From Epithemia pelagica (taxonomy: Eukaryota > Protista > Bacillariophyta), in assembly GCA_946965045.2 (NCBI GenBank), contig OX337232.1, forward strand, positions 1,612,001 to 1,676,000: a stretch of 64,000 nt of DNA, written 5' to 3'. Positions 1 through 10,399 of the stretch are shown piece by piece; positions within the stretch are counted from its first letter, which is position 1, and each line of letters opens with the position of its first letter. Under the pieces are notes generated by a model, which made no database searches, had not been told where the DNA came from, and was given only the letters and a program-made list of their open reading frames with translations. The position numbers were made by a program, and so were the translations under genes.

Positions 1-1
1 G

Positions 2-1078
2 GTAGGTGATGCAGCGCATGCATTTCCACCAGCAGGGGGCTTTGGGATGAACACTGGTGTACAGGATGCACACAACTTGGCCTGGAAGATATTCGCGCTC
101 TTGAAGGACCAAGGAGAGAACGACAATGAGTTTATGAGGCAACGAAATTATTGGCTGGACTCGTATGAACGAGAACGTCGTCCCGTAGCTGTTGAAAATG
201 CGGCTCTATCAGTACGGAACTATGACCGCGTGTTGGCAGTCATGAATGAGTGCTATCTTAATCACAAACATCCCCAGTTTGCAAAGGACTCTCTCGACAT
301 GATGAAAAGTTTTGTAGCCCTTGCCTCGCGACAAGAAATTTTTCGTTCGCTGTTGAAAACTGCCTTACAGCCCTTGGCATGGTTAGATTCATCATCATCT
401 CCGTCGCTATACAGAAAACATGTACAATCCAATTTGCGACGCTTGCTCAAACACGGAGGAGGGCTCCCTCTTCTTTTCCCCAAGTTCGAGGTTGGATTTT
501 GTTACCAAGACAAGGACCAAACAACAAACAGCCCAATAACCAGCTCCACAAAAGATCCACACATTTCGGACACATTTGCGGACACCATACTTCAAGAGAT
601 CCAAGTTGGATGCAGGTTACCTCATGCTGCAATAACGCCACATATATCAAAGTCTTGCGGGTCGAAGGTGCCAGATTGGAGCACCATCGATTTAACAACC
701 CGACTCACAGTTTCGCGTGAAACTTCGAATAACGTTGCTTCAGAGCTGTTTCAACCATCATGGGTGCTACTGGTTTTTGATTCTAACATGGCGGGAGAAC
801 AGATCGAATTCTGGGAGGGCATCCGGCAAAACCTGGAACACACCTCTCGACTGTCAACCCAAACCGTATACCTGAACAACCACTCGACCTATTCTGACGT
901 GGAAGACAATGAACAAACACAAAGGTATCCTAACCATCACGCTTTTGTATTTAATACACGAGAAAATGCACTTGTCGGTGTAAATGGGGTTGCGCTTGTC
1001 CGACCGGACGGCCACGTCGCGGCTTATTTCCAAGACATGGATGGTGTTCAAGAAAATCTGTTGGCTGCTCTTCGCTGA
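2..1078 (+). CDS. FAD-dependent monooxygenase (FAD_binding_3, phenol hydroxylase-like), 5'-truncated by the window edge
   Basis: Frame from position 2 reads VGDAAHAFPPAGGFGMNTGVQDAHNLAWK, the GDAAH/GxGxNxGxxDAxNLxWK signature; C-terminal VRPDGHVA thioredoxin-like cap motif. Confidence 0.9.
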   Translation, partial: VGDAAHAFPPAGGFGMNTGVQDAHNLAWKIFALLKDQGENDNEFMRQRNYWLDSYERERRPVAVENAALSVRNYDRVLAVMNECYLNHKHPQFAKDSLDMMKSFVALASRQEIFRSLLKTALQPLAWLDSSSSPSLYRKHVQSNLRRLLKHGGGLPLLFPKFEVGFCYQDKDQTTNSPITSSTKDPHISDTFADTILQEIQVGCRLPHAAITPHISKSCGSKVPDWSTIDLTTRLTVSRETSNNVASELFQPSWVLLVFDSNMAGEQIEFWEGIRQNLEHTSRLSTQTVYLNNHSTYSDVEDNEQTQRYPNHHAFVFNTRENALVGVNGVALVRPDGHVAAYFQDMDGVQENLLAALR

Positions 1079-1350
1079 AACTTCGGTTTTCTGCTTTACT
1101 TACGTCGACATGAAAGAGTACTACATGTCAGAACATCATGTTTCCATGGGGTAGGGAAAAACACAAGTTACACTTTAACACCTGCATTTCAGTGCTGAGT
1201 TCCCAATTCCAGTATGAATTCCTGAATTATATGAAGGTTCATTCGAACAATCATAAGATTTGCAACTGCCAAGACCCTGTAGTTTTTAATTCTTCCCAGG
1301 GACGACACACGTCACGATGAAACAGTGAACAATGACATTACGTGACTCTA

Positions 1351-3069
1351 TCAAATCCTCTCCATGACACAAGTCTGCAATGACATGATGTTGTAAGATG
1401 TCATCAACTGAGCCACAATGAGGACTGCCACAAGGAAGAAAATTATGCGATACGCCTGGTCCAGTTTCGTAACAAGTTGTGATACAACTGCTTCCAGCTT
1501 GCCAACGTCGGTGAAGTGAGCCGATTCGTGTGACTGACTGAGCTTCCCGCTTGTATCTTGACGAAGAGCCGCCTGAACCATATCCACATAGCCCGCAATC
1601 CATTCTTTCGTTTCCTTACGTACTGACTTCTGAATAATGTTACGAAAGATTGACCGCTTTTTGAATTTGACGTCATACCTGACAGACAGCTGTAATTGAC
1701 TTTCATTTGTAACCTCGAGCAACCATAAATCCTGAACGAAGAAACAATCGGCCGCGGGAATACCTTCGACAAACGTTCGGTTCTCGAGCGCCATACCAAT
1801 CCCCTCAAATTTCCGAAGACGCTGTTGGCGAGATGTGCGGGCCGAGGAAGGTCCAATACCAAGGGAGTTCTTTATGGGATGCGTAAAAGTGATTGTACGG
1901 CGAAAATCGCCATCAGACCCGATATCCCAACCAGTGATCTCCACTTCCTGGTCCTTCACATACTCCTTTTGATAATAGTCTAATGAAAACTGTGCATCTT
2001 CTACAAGGAAAGTTTTGTAGTAATCGTCCAATGAACACTTGAGAGTCAACGAATCTATGCCAACATCCGACAATTGTGACTTGCTTCCTTTGATGGTTTC
2101 CCAGGCCACAGAGGGGGACTCATCCCCCGCTTCTGGCGGAGACAGTCGGCCTTGTTCTGTGTGAACTGACAGTTCTTCGTTCGATTCGATTGGTTCAAGA
2201 CGCCACTGCACCAAAGACGACGGCCCAGTTAGAGCAGGAGATGTGGCGTTCTCTGTTAGAGGAAGTCTCACTAATGAATCCGAAGAAGCACGACGGCGGT
2301 TTGGTGATACAGGTGGGCTGGATGAAAGAACAGGGAGACCTGGTGCTCCAACTGTACTGATGAACGCCGAGCGACTAAGCCCAGATGACGAGTCCGCAAC
2401 GGAAGACGACTGTGTCAAGCAGAGGCCAGGTTCCACTCCATCGAGTTGAGTTGGTTGGAGGACATCCGAAGGTTTTCGTGCCGATGAAGCTCTTCTCCGA
2501 GAACCTTGCTGTTTGTCGGAGAGGATTTTCAGGCCATTCATCAAGTGCAAGACCTGTTCACGGTTGTTGAATGATTTGAAAATGTATGTTTCCAAGTCCA
2601 TCGTGTGAATCCGGATAGACGTTGTTCGAAAAAGTTCCGCATGGACGATATCGCGCAACAAAAGACATATTCTCCTTTCAAATCCCAACAAGTTTGTATG
2701 GAATAAGACTGCTTGACTGGTCAAGTACAGCCTTCCTCGAATCCGCAGATGCGAACACGAGAAATCACCCCAGCAGGGACCAACACCATCTCCAAACAGA
2801 GCGTGAACGGCCTCAGAGGACGCGGTCAGCGAAGCGGATAGCCTCCGTAGCGGGTTTCCATCGACAATCGTGTCAGGATCGCAATCTTCAGTTCCATCCA
2901 GCGACAGACGTGTAGGGGTTTCCACGCGAGGACTGAGCTGTGACGCAGAATGCATTCTGGCTATACTGATGTTGCTTGACAGGGGTGAAGAACTGTTATC
3001 GCTGGCTCCAAATAACATTGCGGATTGACGAAAGGCTGCGTCCAAACTGAGAAAGCGCTCTCTCGGCAT
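1351..3069 (-). CDS. GRAM + VASt domain protein (GRAMD1/Lam-like sterol transfer protein) with C-terminal TM anchor
   Basis: GRAM-like FSCSHLRIRGRLYLTSQAVLFHTNLLGFE; VASt-like region (W...RTITFTHP...IPAADCFFVQDLW); hydrophobic C-terminal segment. Confidence 0.85.
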   Translation of the reverse strand: MPRERFLSLDAAFRQSAMLFGASDNSSSPLSSNISIARMHSASQLSPRVETPTRLSLDGTEDCDPDTIVDGNPLRRLSASLTASSEAVHALFGDGVGPCWGDFSCSHLRIRGRLYLTSQAVLFHTNLLGFERRICLLLRDIVHAELFRTTSIRIHTMDLETYIFKSFNNREQVLHLMNGLKILSDKQQGSRRRASSARKPSDVLQPTQLDGVEPGLCLTQSSSVADSSSGLSRSAFISTVGAPGLPVLSSSPPVSPNRRRASSDSLVRLPLTENATSPALTGPSSLVQWRLEPIESNEELSVHTEQGRLSPPEAGDESPSVAWETIKGSKSQLSDVGIDSLTLKCSLDDYYKTFLVEDAQFSLDYYQKEYVKDQEVEITGWDIGSDGDFRRTITFTHPIKNSLGIGPSSARTSRQQRLRKFEGIGMALENRTFVEGIPAADCFFVQDLWLLEVTNESQLQLSVRYDVKFKKRSIFRNIIQKSVRKETKEWIAGYVDMVQAALRQDTSGKLSQSHESAHFTDVGKLEAVVSQLVTKLDQAYRIIFFLVAVLIVAQLMTSYNIMSLQTCVMERI

Positions 3070-3403
3070 GAGGAGAGAAGACGAACACAACTTTTTTGGG
3101 GGATGTCAACTGTTCTATTTTGACGGAACCCACAGTTGGATGAGAAAGGAATGGGGGGTTTTGTGGCACTTTGGTTCCGATAATGATGAAGAAACACACT
3201 CTACGAAGGAAAATGGAGCATGGAGAGGGAAGTCAGCATCTCTTTTGTGCATCCTCTCCATCTCCATCCGGTGCACATTCATTGCAGAAAAATGAATCGT
3301 GATAGTGCCGCCGGCCGCTCAACCATTTTGTCCCTTCGCGCTCGCATGTCTCCGAATGGTAAAGGCCCAGCGGTTTTCATACTAAATATTGTACACCTTT
3401 TTA

Positions 3404-3445
3404 CATCCGGGCTACGAGCTGGTTCACGTTGCGGAGTGCATGAGT
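3404..3445 (+). repeat. Left TIR of the ITm-like element
   Basis: GGCTACGAGCTGGTTCACGTTGCGGAGTGCATGAGT is the reverse complement of 10355-10390 with one mismatch. Confidence 0.85.
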
Positions 3446-3612
3446 ATATTAGTGTACAAGACTGTACCCGAAAAAAACCAGTACACAAAACTCCACAGTG
3501 GATAATCCGCAGCAACCATGACAATGGGATGGATCGATGTTTGGACAAATACGATGCCATTCCTGGCTACAAACACAACAAGTACTATTGCTAATCGACT
3601 AAGTAGGTTCTA

Positions 3613-4122
3613 TTACGCATCTGCTGTAAAGAACAGGCTCTGGGTAGGGTATTTTGTCGTCATGTAGGCAAGAGCAGTCTTGAGCTCTTCCATGTGGAAG
3701 AGGCTCATGTAGAGGGTGACGACCATTGGGTCCATGCTGCTCTTCGTATCGATCGTGCACCGTGTGTAGAATTGAATGCGGCCCTTCTTCTTGCTGGAGT
3801 CCGTGGGTGAGAGAACTTCCTTCATCACTGTCTTGACAATGAACCCAACTGGCAGCACAAGCAGCGGGTCGGCAAACTCGGACCGCGCTTCCCTCTTGTA
3901 AAATGCCAACCGAAGATAGTCTGTGCTTGTCTCCCGTTGGAGGAGAACATGCCCACGGTCGACAACATTCCGTCCATTTTGTTCTGCGCCGTTGTCGACA
4001 ATGTCTCCAACGAGAACATTGACCCTGTCCGCGTAAAAGCTCGTCCGAAAGTTACATCGACTTCGATCGTCTTCAGAGCCAAACTTGTCCTTGTTGAAAA
4101 AGAACTCGACCTCGTCCTCCAT
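3613..4122 (-). CDS. Uncharacterised cargo protein 'X1' (169 aa), homolog of 32346-32882
   Basis: Shares VNVxVxD...VVDRGxVLLQR, [LI]PVGxIxK and DTKxxMxPMV[VI]TxxMS blocks with X2. Confidence 0.75.
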   Translation of the reverse strand: MEDEVEFFFNKDKFGSEDDRSRCNFRTSFYADRVNVLVGDIVDNGAEQNGRNVVDRGHVLLQRETSTDYLRLAFYKREARSEFADPLLVLPVGFIVKTVMKEVLSPTDSSKKKGRIQFYTRCTIDTKSSMDPMVVTLYMSLFHMEELKTALAYMTTKYPTQSLFFTADA

Positions 4123-4431
4123 GCCGTTGTTGATTGTTGGTGTTGGTAGCATCGTACTCCGAACTCCGCACGTTAGGTTGATTGTTCGATCGATTCAAAG
4201 CAGTGGGTTGTTTCGTGTTTGCATGTTTCGTTTCCGGATGCATCCAAAATGTGGGAGCCACACGGGTTGGTCGGATCTTTACGCGCACCTCTTTCCGTTC
4301 AGCTATCCGTTGATCTAAGTAGGTTGTTTGAGTTTGGTCTTGAGATCGCGAGCAGGTACATTCCACATCCCATTACAAGACACAGCACGATGCTCTCAGT
4401 TGTGTGTTCGTCTCACAAAAAACAAAACAAG

Positions 4432-5357
4432 ATGAGCAACAACAGCCATCGTCGCTACCCAAGTCGCACCCGCACCAAAACACCAAGCTTCCTGGATGAC
4501 ATCCAGGAAGATACTGTTCCTCCACCAGGGAAGACGCCAGGGAAGACACCAGCGAAGACACCAGCGAAGACACCGGGCAAGAAGCTCCCTCCGAAGAAGA
4601 GCTCCACGAAGAAGAACGCAAACAAGAAGCGTCGAACAAAGAAGACGAGTCCGGAGCTCCCCCCACCCCAGTCTCCAGATTTCGTCATTTCCAAGGTGGT
4701 TGAAGGGGAGACTCCAAGAGGAGCAAACGAGGACATAGTGGTATTGATGCCGGTGGCCATCGACGACAAGGCGCAGAGGCTCAAGGATGCATTGAACAAA
4801 GCAACGCAGTGGCATCTCATCCTTGGTGATGAGAATGGAGCCACGACCCTGGTGCTTGGTCGAAACCACAAATATCATTCGGGCAAAGTCTCGATTGCCG
4901 AGATTGTGGAAACGCTTAAGCAGTCTGAGCGTAGCCACAAGCCCAGAAACAATGAAACAATCAACGAAAATGGTAAGTTGATTGTGCCTTTGTAATTGAT
5001 TGGAACGATCGTAGTACTCACCTCATTTTGTTTTCAGGACAAGTGGGTGGAATGCTGATGGAGACTCGCACTCCATTGAAGAAGGAGGAGTCCATTGGTG
5101 AGGCGGAGACTGTCATGAAATCCAATGTGGTGGATTGGCAGTACTTGACGCCTGGTGAGAAGCACGCCCAAAAGAGACGTGAGGCCGAGAGGGCTGTGCA
5201 TTTCATGGCTGACAGTTGTGCAAGCCCGAGTCTCTTTCGTGAGGCTGCTTCAACGACGTCGGATGATGACGCCACGTATGACTCTCACGTTGATGATGGA
5301 TTTGAAGATACGCAGGAGGAAAATATGTTTAGTCAGGAGGACTACTACAAGTATTAG
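4432..5357 (+). CDS. Uncharacterised cargo protein 'Y1': basic KTP-repeat N-terminus, acidic C-terminus; intron 4973-5037
   Basis: ATG 4432; GTAAGT...TTTCAG intron joins the 4219 and 5028 ORF frames in phase; repeated CDK-site-like TPGK/TPAK. Confidence 0.65.
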
Positions 5358-5421
5358 TTACGTAAAATAAACCATTCTAAATACTGAATAATTGTTGTCC
5401 TTTACTTTCATCATCGTGGCC

Positions 5422-6507
5422 TTAGTCGCTTTCTTCTTCTTCATCGTCATCTTCGTCTTCGTCGTGCGAATCCTGATCTTTCTCGTTGTTGTTGCCTTCG
5501 TCATCTTCCTCGTCATCCGAATCCGAATCTGAATCCTCATCTTCATCTCCTTCATCATCCGACTTCTCGGATTCCTCGTCGTCGTTGCCATCTGAAGATT
5601 CATCTTGCTCATCCTGGCTGCCAGTCCTCATGCCCGACGCCAGATTGTAGCACCAGAACAACTCTTGATTTTTTTTAATGTTGCGTTTGGCTGTAGCCTT
5701 GAGCTTTCCGTCGACCTGGACGTTGTAGCATTTGTCGTCCGGGTCAACAGGTTGGTTGTCGTGATACTTGGCATAGTTTGGATCGTTTGCAAAGTGCAAA
5801 CCCATCCAAAGGTCTGCCGCGGATGGATCAACGAAGACAGAAGGCCTTGTACGCAGTCGGACAGCGTAAGCAGAAGGCGGACGAGACTTGTCAAGGACCT
5901 TACCACCATAGAATCCCAGCATTTCGCCTTTTTTGTAGGGCTTTGCTGCAAAAAGCCCGAGACGAGCGTTGTCCAAGGTTGATCGCTTGATGACAAACAA
6001 GTCTTCGTCGACGTACCGAACAATGCACTCGTACTTTTGTGAATTGTCGTTTAGGTCCACCATCATTGTCCCTTCGACAAGTAGATTGTTCTTGTGTTTC
6101 TTGTTGATTCCCGACCCTTTCTTTTTGTTGTATTTACTTGGAGCATAGTGTTTGATTGCTGTGCCAACAGGTTTGCCCTTGGAGCCGTGGGCTTTCCGGA
6201 CCTGTGCACCTTCGATGCTCACGATGCCCTTGATGTGGGAGGAAATGAACCGATATAATTCGGTTCTTTCCTCCAAAGTACCTGATCCATACAGGCCTTC
6301 AAGCTTGGCCATGAGATTCTCCGCCTTCACTGCCCGTGGCGTTCTCGTTGTTGCAATCTTCTTCCTCGCTCGTTGTTTCTGATTGAGCTCATCCATTTTG
6401 TATTTTCGATTTTGCTGCATGCGACGAGGCGGCTTTGCTGCTCTTGTTCGTGTTCTTGCGGAACTCGCCTGTTGCTTTGTAGTGGAACGTGTCTGTCGCT
6501 TTCCCAT
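5422..6507 (-). CDS. SET-domain lysine methyltransferase-like protein with basic N-terminus and Asp/Glu-rich tail (transposon cargo, SET-1)
   Basis: SET motifs RLGLFAAKPYKKGE, HFANDP (RFINH-equivalent), AKRNIKKNQELFWCY (ELxxDY-equivalent); no Cys-rich pre/post-SET visible. Confidence 0.85.
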   Translation of the reverse strand: MGKRQTRSTTKQQASSARTRTRAAKPPRRMQQNRKYKMDELNQKQRARKKIATTRTPRAVKAENLMAKLEGLYGSGTLEERTELYRFISSHIKGIVSIEGAQVRKAHGSKGKPVGTAIKHYAPSKYNKKKGSGINKKHKNNLLVEGTMMVDLNDNSQKYECIVRYVDEDLFVIKRSTLDNARLGLFAAKPYKKGEMLGFYGGKVLDKSRPPSAYAVRLRTRPSVFVDPSAADLWMGLHFANDPNYAKYHDNQPVDPDDKCYNVQVDGKLKATAKRNIKKNQELFWCYNLASGMRTGSQDEQDESSDGNDDEESEKSDDEGDEDEDSDSDSDDEEDDEGNNNEKDQDSHDEDEDDDEEEESD

Positions 6508-6857
6508 GGCTGTTGCAGGCTGCTGCACTTTGTCGCTGTCGAAAAATTCTGACTGCTGCACTTTTATGAACTTGGGCTGCTGCACTTTTTGGAGAAGGCG
6601 CAGAAACGCCAACCCCTTTGAGCTTCCGAATGAGAGTGAAAACCGCATTGACAGTCATCAGACTGTCGTTTGTACACTGTGGACCAGTCTATTTTTGGTG
6701 TCACCAATGAACTTCGCAGCACTTGAGACGTACAAAAAAGATTCTCTCATAAAATTTGCTTCTGGAAAAAGTGAAACAGAGTCTCGTGCATGACAAGCCT
6801 ACAAGTATGAAGATGAAGAGGAGTTCTATGGTACGTAAATGTGTTACAATATGAATT

Positions 6858-9800
6858 TCAGCGTTCTGCTTCTTGTGCCTCCTTCCAGACTTGCTGGATG
6901 AACGAGTGCTCTTGATCGAGCGTGCACCGGTGAGTCTTCATACTCACATTCACATACTTCTCGATTTCGACAAACAGGATGTCATCTGTTGCACTTTGAT
7001 TCCTGCTGTCAAACAACAAATAGGTAAGCATGTACCGCCTTGCTTTCGCTGAGAACCTGCGAACGGTTCTCAGCGAAACTTTCCCCATACTGTCTCTCAC
7101 CACTTGCATGAACTTCGTCTTGTTGCCTTTCTTGTTTCTTGTCAAGCGTCGGAAGTATCGCTTCCCAAGACCCCATGCGTACTCGATCCCTTCACCCGCC
7201 AGTTCGCAGTGGTATTTTGGTGTGACGAGGATTTCAAGGTTGCGAGAATATCGCTGCGAGAGATCAGCCGCCAGTTGTTCGAGGGCTGATCTCTCATTCT
7301 TGAAGTCCTCGCACGATCCCATCAGGTAAGTCAAGGAATACTTCTTGTATTCCTCCATCTTGTCCTCACGGACCTGTCCTGAACCATCCAACCATGTCTT
7401 ACTCATGTCCTTGCGGTATTCCTGGAGCTTGGTGGTGTCAATGAAACCACGCTCGCCCAGAACTTGGAAGAGACCCTTTGGTTGCCCGAGCCAGCCCTGC
7501 TCCATGACAACTCGGTCTACCTCGGTTGGTAGCTGCCTTGCTGTCGAAATTGCCTGGAGCTGGTCAAGGGATTTGGAATGGTAGGCTTGAAGTGCCCTGT
7601 CGCCATGTTGAGCTCCTTGTTGAATGTCATGGCGAATGAGCTCACCAATCAATTCTTTCTTGGACAGCTTGTGTTTCTTTGTTTGATTGGTTGGGTGGTC
7701 GAACTTCATTCGTTGTCGTTGCTCCTCAGTGAGAGGAACACCCTTATAAGCAAATGGGCCAGGGTCCGCATCCGTGTATACCATGGATTGCTTCGACCCT
7801 GGCTGAAGACGATGAGGGTGTGGATATGGACCGATGCACTCAACAATTGTCTCATGCATTTTGGGTACCACTCCACCCCAATCCTTGTTCATGGTCTTCT
7901 CGTTGAGCCCATCCTTCTGTTTTCGTCCATGACCGCTACTGTTGTCAAAGAGAAAAGCGAAATCAAAGGATGGATAGAGGACCATCAAACAATCAACCAA
8001 GTCCTCAAATTGGAGGGCCATGTGATCGTAGTTCCACCAGCCATCATTGTTGGATCCATAGTCAAAATACGTGCAGAACGCACTGGCATCCGTGATCTGC
8101 CGGATCCGCTTGCTGCTGCCACCAAGTACTTGACTGGCAGAGTCCTCGGCCAAGTACGTCTGCGCTCGACGAGATTGATTGATTGCCTCTAGCTTCTCGG
8201 GGGTGAGCAGGACAACTTCGCCTGAGTTGTCTGAATAGAACCCCCATGCGCGACTCACGAATGCACTAAGCATTAAACCGTGCCCGTCGTCTTTGGGCAA
8301 AAGAACTCCACGCCCTTTGTGGTCCCCCCAACTCTTCTTCGAGAAGGACCATTGCTTGAAAATGGCTTCATCTTGGCCAACAAGCACAACAGGACGACGC
8401 TCAGAAGGGAAACGATGTGACAAATTTCCTCCCAGCAGCTTGTTTTCATCTCTAATGTATGATGAAAACACATCAGGAAAACAATCTACATGGTATTCTC
8501 GCATTGTTTGGTTCGTCGAAGGGTCTCGAAACTCGAAAGCCCAAACATCCTTCATGAGCTTTTCGGAGACACCCTCAATCTCCCCGTTTTCTAGTTTGAT
8601 TGCTTGGTCGGATGGAATCTGAATCCATCGATGCGCAAGCTTTTCCAACTCGAAGTATTTCGAGATGAACTGCTTCCGGGCTTGAACATTGTCGGCGTCC
8701 TCGTGACGGTCCGTGTAGTATGTCTTCTTTGTTTCAGAGAATCGAAACCCAGCATATGTGAGAATCTTCCATGCCGCACCGACTGAAACACTGGGGAGAT
8801 TCACTTTTTGACGGAACTCGTCCAACGTGAGCGGCTCTGTGGATGGCTCCCCATCTTCGGTGTCCGTCTGTTGCTCTTTTTTATATATCAATGGGATCAA
8901 ACTGTCTCGAATGTACATGGCTGCCATCTCGCAGGAGAGGGTCTCCAGATGTTGGCTCGCCCACTTCTGCAGCAATGGGAGTGCTTCTGGATATTGAGCC
9001 AGAAAGCATGGGCACGGCTTCTTCCCAATCTGGATGTACCAGTTTGGATGCGGGAACTTGCCGCTGACCCGGAATGCAACGTTGGCTCTTTGCACAGTCC
9101 GCCAATTCTGCAGACCGCTTTTTGAGATTCTACTCCGTTCGGTTGCATATTTGCAACACGAAGTCCACGTGGCACCATCCTCCATGGTGTGCAGGGCTCG
9201 CTCATACGCAAGCCTCAGCACCCGCATCCTCATAAGCATCTTTGGGACACAAGAGTTTGGCGGTGGCTCATCTTGGCCCTTGTTGACAAGAGTCAAAAAA
9301 CAATCAAACCGTTGTTCCGCCATTTCAAGTGACTCAATCCACCGTTCCAGCTTCTTTCTCGTTGTCTCCTCATTCACTCTCGGACCAAAGATTTTGCTCA
9401 CAACGGGCCGGTCGAAGAAATCTACGGCAGAAGAGTCACTGGAGGCATTGGAATGCTCGTTGTTGTTGTTGTTTCCATTGTCGTTTCCTGTGCCTGTGGT
9501 TGTTGTTGTTGTGGTGGTTTCCAGTGCCTCTTCCAAAATCTGCTCTGGGCTTGGTGGTGATGACGCTGCCGTTGTGGCAGTTTCATCATCCTTGATTGGT
9601 GTTGTGGGTTTCTTGCGTTTGTTCCTCCCTCCAATTCGAATCCGATTGTGGCTTTTGAATTTAAGCCACTCGTCAATAGTGTGGTTGAATTGAGGTGGTG
9701 GATCGGTCTGACGAGCCGAAACATAGTAGAATATTTGTTTCCCACCTCGACGTCGCACCTCGTGGCGGTAGATACCCTTGGGATTCCACTCTTGCGATAG

Positions 9801-10007
9801 GAAATGGAGTCGCCATTCACTACCTGAGCGCATTAAAGATCGATTCATCATTGTTGCGTCGGATAATTCCGGAATCCACTGCTTCAAGAAGACGGCAATC
9901 TCAGCGTCAATAATCCACCGGTTTGTCCAGAGGAAGCGTATTGGATGGCATCTGAAGCCAAATTCGTCGCATATGGTTGTGTATGGCCCTGTATATGATT
10001 GAACCAT
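6858..10007 (-). CDS. Large IS630/Tc1/mariner-like DDE transposase (~1049 aa, uninterrupted)
   Basis: Catalytic-like motifs VGQDEAIF, FLFDNSSGH, PKYHCELAGEGIEYAWG; long insert between second Asp and Glu; lies between TIRs. Confidence 0.8.
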   Translation of the reverse strand: MVQSYTGPYTTICDEFGFRCHPIRFLWTNRWIIDAEIAVFLKQWIPELSDATMMNRSLMRSGSEWRLHFLSQEWNPKGIYRHEVRRRGGKQIFYYVSARQTDPPPQFNHTIDEWLKFKSHNRIRIGGRNKRKKPTTPIKDDETATTAASSPPSPEQILEEALETTTTTTTTGTGNDNGNNNNNEHSNASSDSSAVDFFDRPVVSKIFGPRVNEETTRKKLERWIESLEMAEQRFDCFLTLVNKGQDEPPPNSCVPKMLMRMRVLRLAYERALHTMEDGATWTSCCKYATERSRISKSGLQNWRTVQRANVAFRVSGKFPHPNWYIQIGKKPCPCFLAQYPEALPLLQKWASQHLETLSCEMAAMYIRDSLIPLIYKKEQQTDTEDGEPSTEPLTLDEFRQKVNLPSVSVGAAWKILTYAGFRFSETKKTYYTDRHEDADNVQARKQFISKYFELEKLAHRWIQIPSDQAIKLENGEIEGVSEKLMKDVWAFEFRDPSTNQTMREYHVDCFPDVFSSYIRDENKLLGGNLSHRFPSERRPVVLVGQDEAIFKQWSFSKKSWGDHKGRGVLLPKDDGHGLMLSAFVSRAWGFYSDNSGEVVLLTPEKLEAINQSRRAQTYLAEDSASQVLGGSSKRIRQITDASAFCTYFDYGSNNDGWWNYDHMALQFEDLVDCLMVLYPSFDFAFLFDNSSGHGRKQKDGLNEKTMNKDWGGVVPKMHETIVECIGPYPHPHRLQPGSKQSMVYTDADPGPFAYKGVPLTEEQRQRMKFDHPTNQTKKHKLSKKELIGELIRHDIQQGAQHGDRALQAYHSKSLDQLQAISTARQLPTEVDRVVMEQGWLGQPKGLFQVLGERGFIDTTKLQEYRKDMSKTWLDGSGQVREDKMEEYKKYSLTYLMGSCEDFKNERSALEQLAADLSQRYSRNLEILVTPKYHCELAGEGIEYAWGLGKRYFRRLTRNKKGNKTKFMQVVRDSMGKVSLRTVRRFSAKARRYMLTYLLFDSRNQSATDDILFVEIEKYVNVSMKTHRCTLDQEHSFIQQVWKEAQEAER

Positions 10008-10105
10008 TTTGTCTGTTCGGGCACAGGCAGAGAGATGGAGGATGAGGGGACTGCCCACGATGTTCGACAGTAGCTACTTTCACTGCTCCTGGAGACTGAA
10101 CCACA

Positions 10106-10192
10106 GGTCGAAATGCGCGACACCCCTATGATTTTCTACTACTTTTATATCTATCCTATCGATTAGGTTGGGTGGTGTTTCGCATTTCGACC
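10106..10192. repeat. Hairpin with 19-bp arms (17/19 complementary) and AT-rich loop, upstream of the transposase
   Basis: GGTCGAAATGCGCGACACC (10106-10124) vs GGTGTTTCGCATTTCGACC (10174-10192). Confidence 0.7.
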
Positions 10193-10354
10193 GGCGAATG
10201 GCCATCGTCGCATGAAGCGGTCACTAGTCGTTATTGCATTTTGCATTTTTCAATATGTGCGTGACAAAATGTGAGGAACACGAAAACCGTAAGTGATCCG
10301 AAACGCTGGGGTACTGTGGGCTAAAGTGTAGTATACAATTTCCCACTATGAAAA

Positions 10355-10399
10355 ACTCATGCACTCCGCAACGTGAACCAGCTTGTAGCCTGCGACGTG
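10355..10399 (-). repeat. Right TIR of the ITm-like element
   Basis: Reverse complement of 3410-3445 (1 mismatch); ends ...CGTG followed by TA. Confidence 0.85.

Larger units (their letters stand above)
3404..10399 (-). mobile_element. IS630/Tc1/mariner-like DNA transposon carrying three cargo genes
   Basis: Inverted repeat 3410-3445 vs 10355-10390 (35/36 identical); imperfect extension to CA...TG termini flanked by TA on both sides (3402-3403, 10400-10401); encloses a DDE transposase. Confidence 0.8.

Noticed and set aside
3279-3560. 93-aa minus-strand ORF as a gene
   Set aside because: Overlaps the left TIR of the ITm-like element; no motif
4432-5357. Direct sequence homology between Y1 and Y2
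   Set aside because: Only composition and position are similar; no alignable block found
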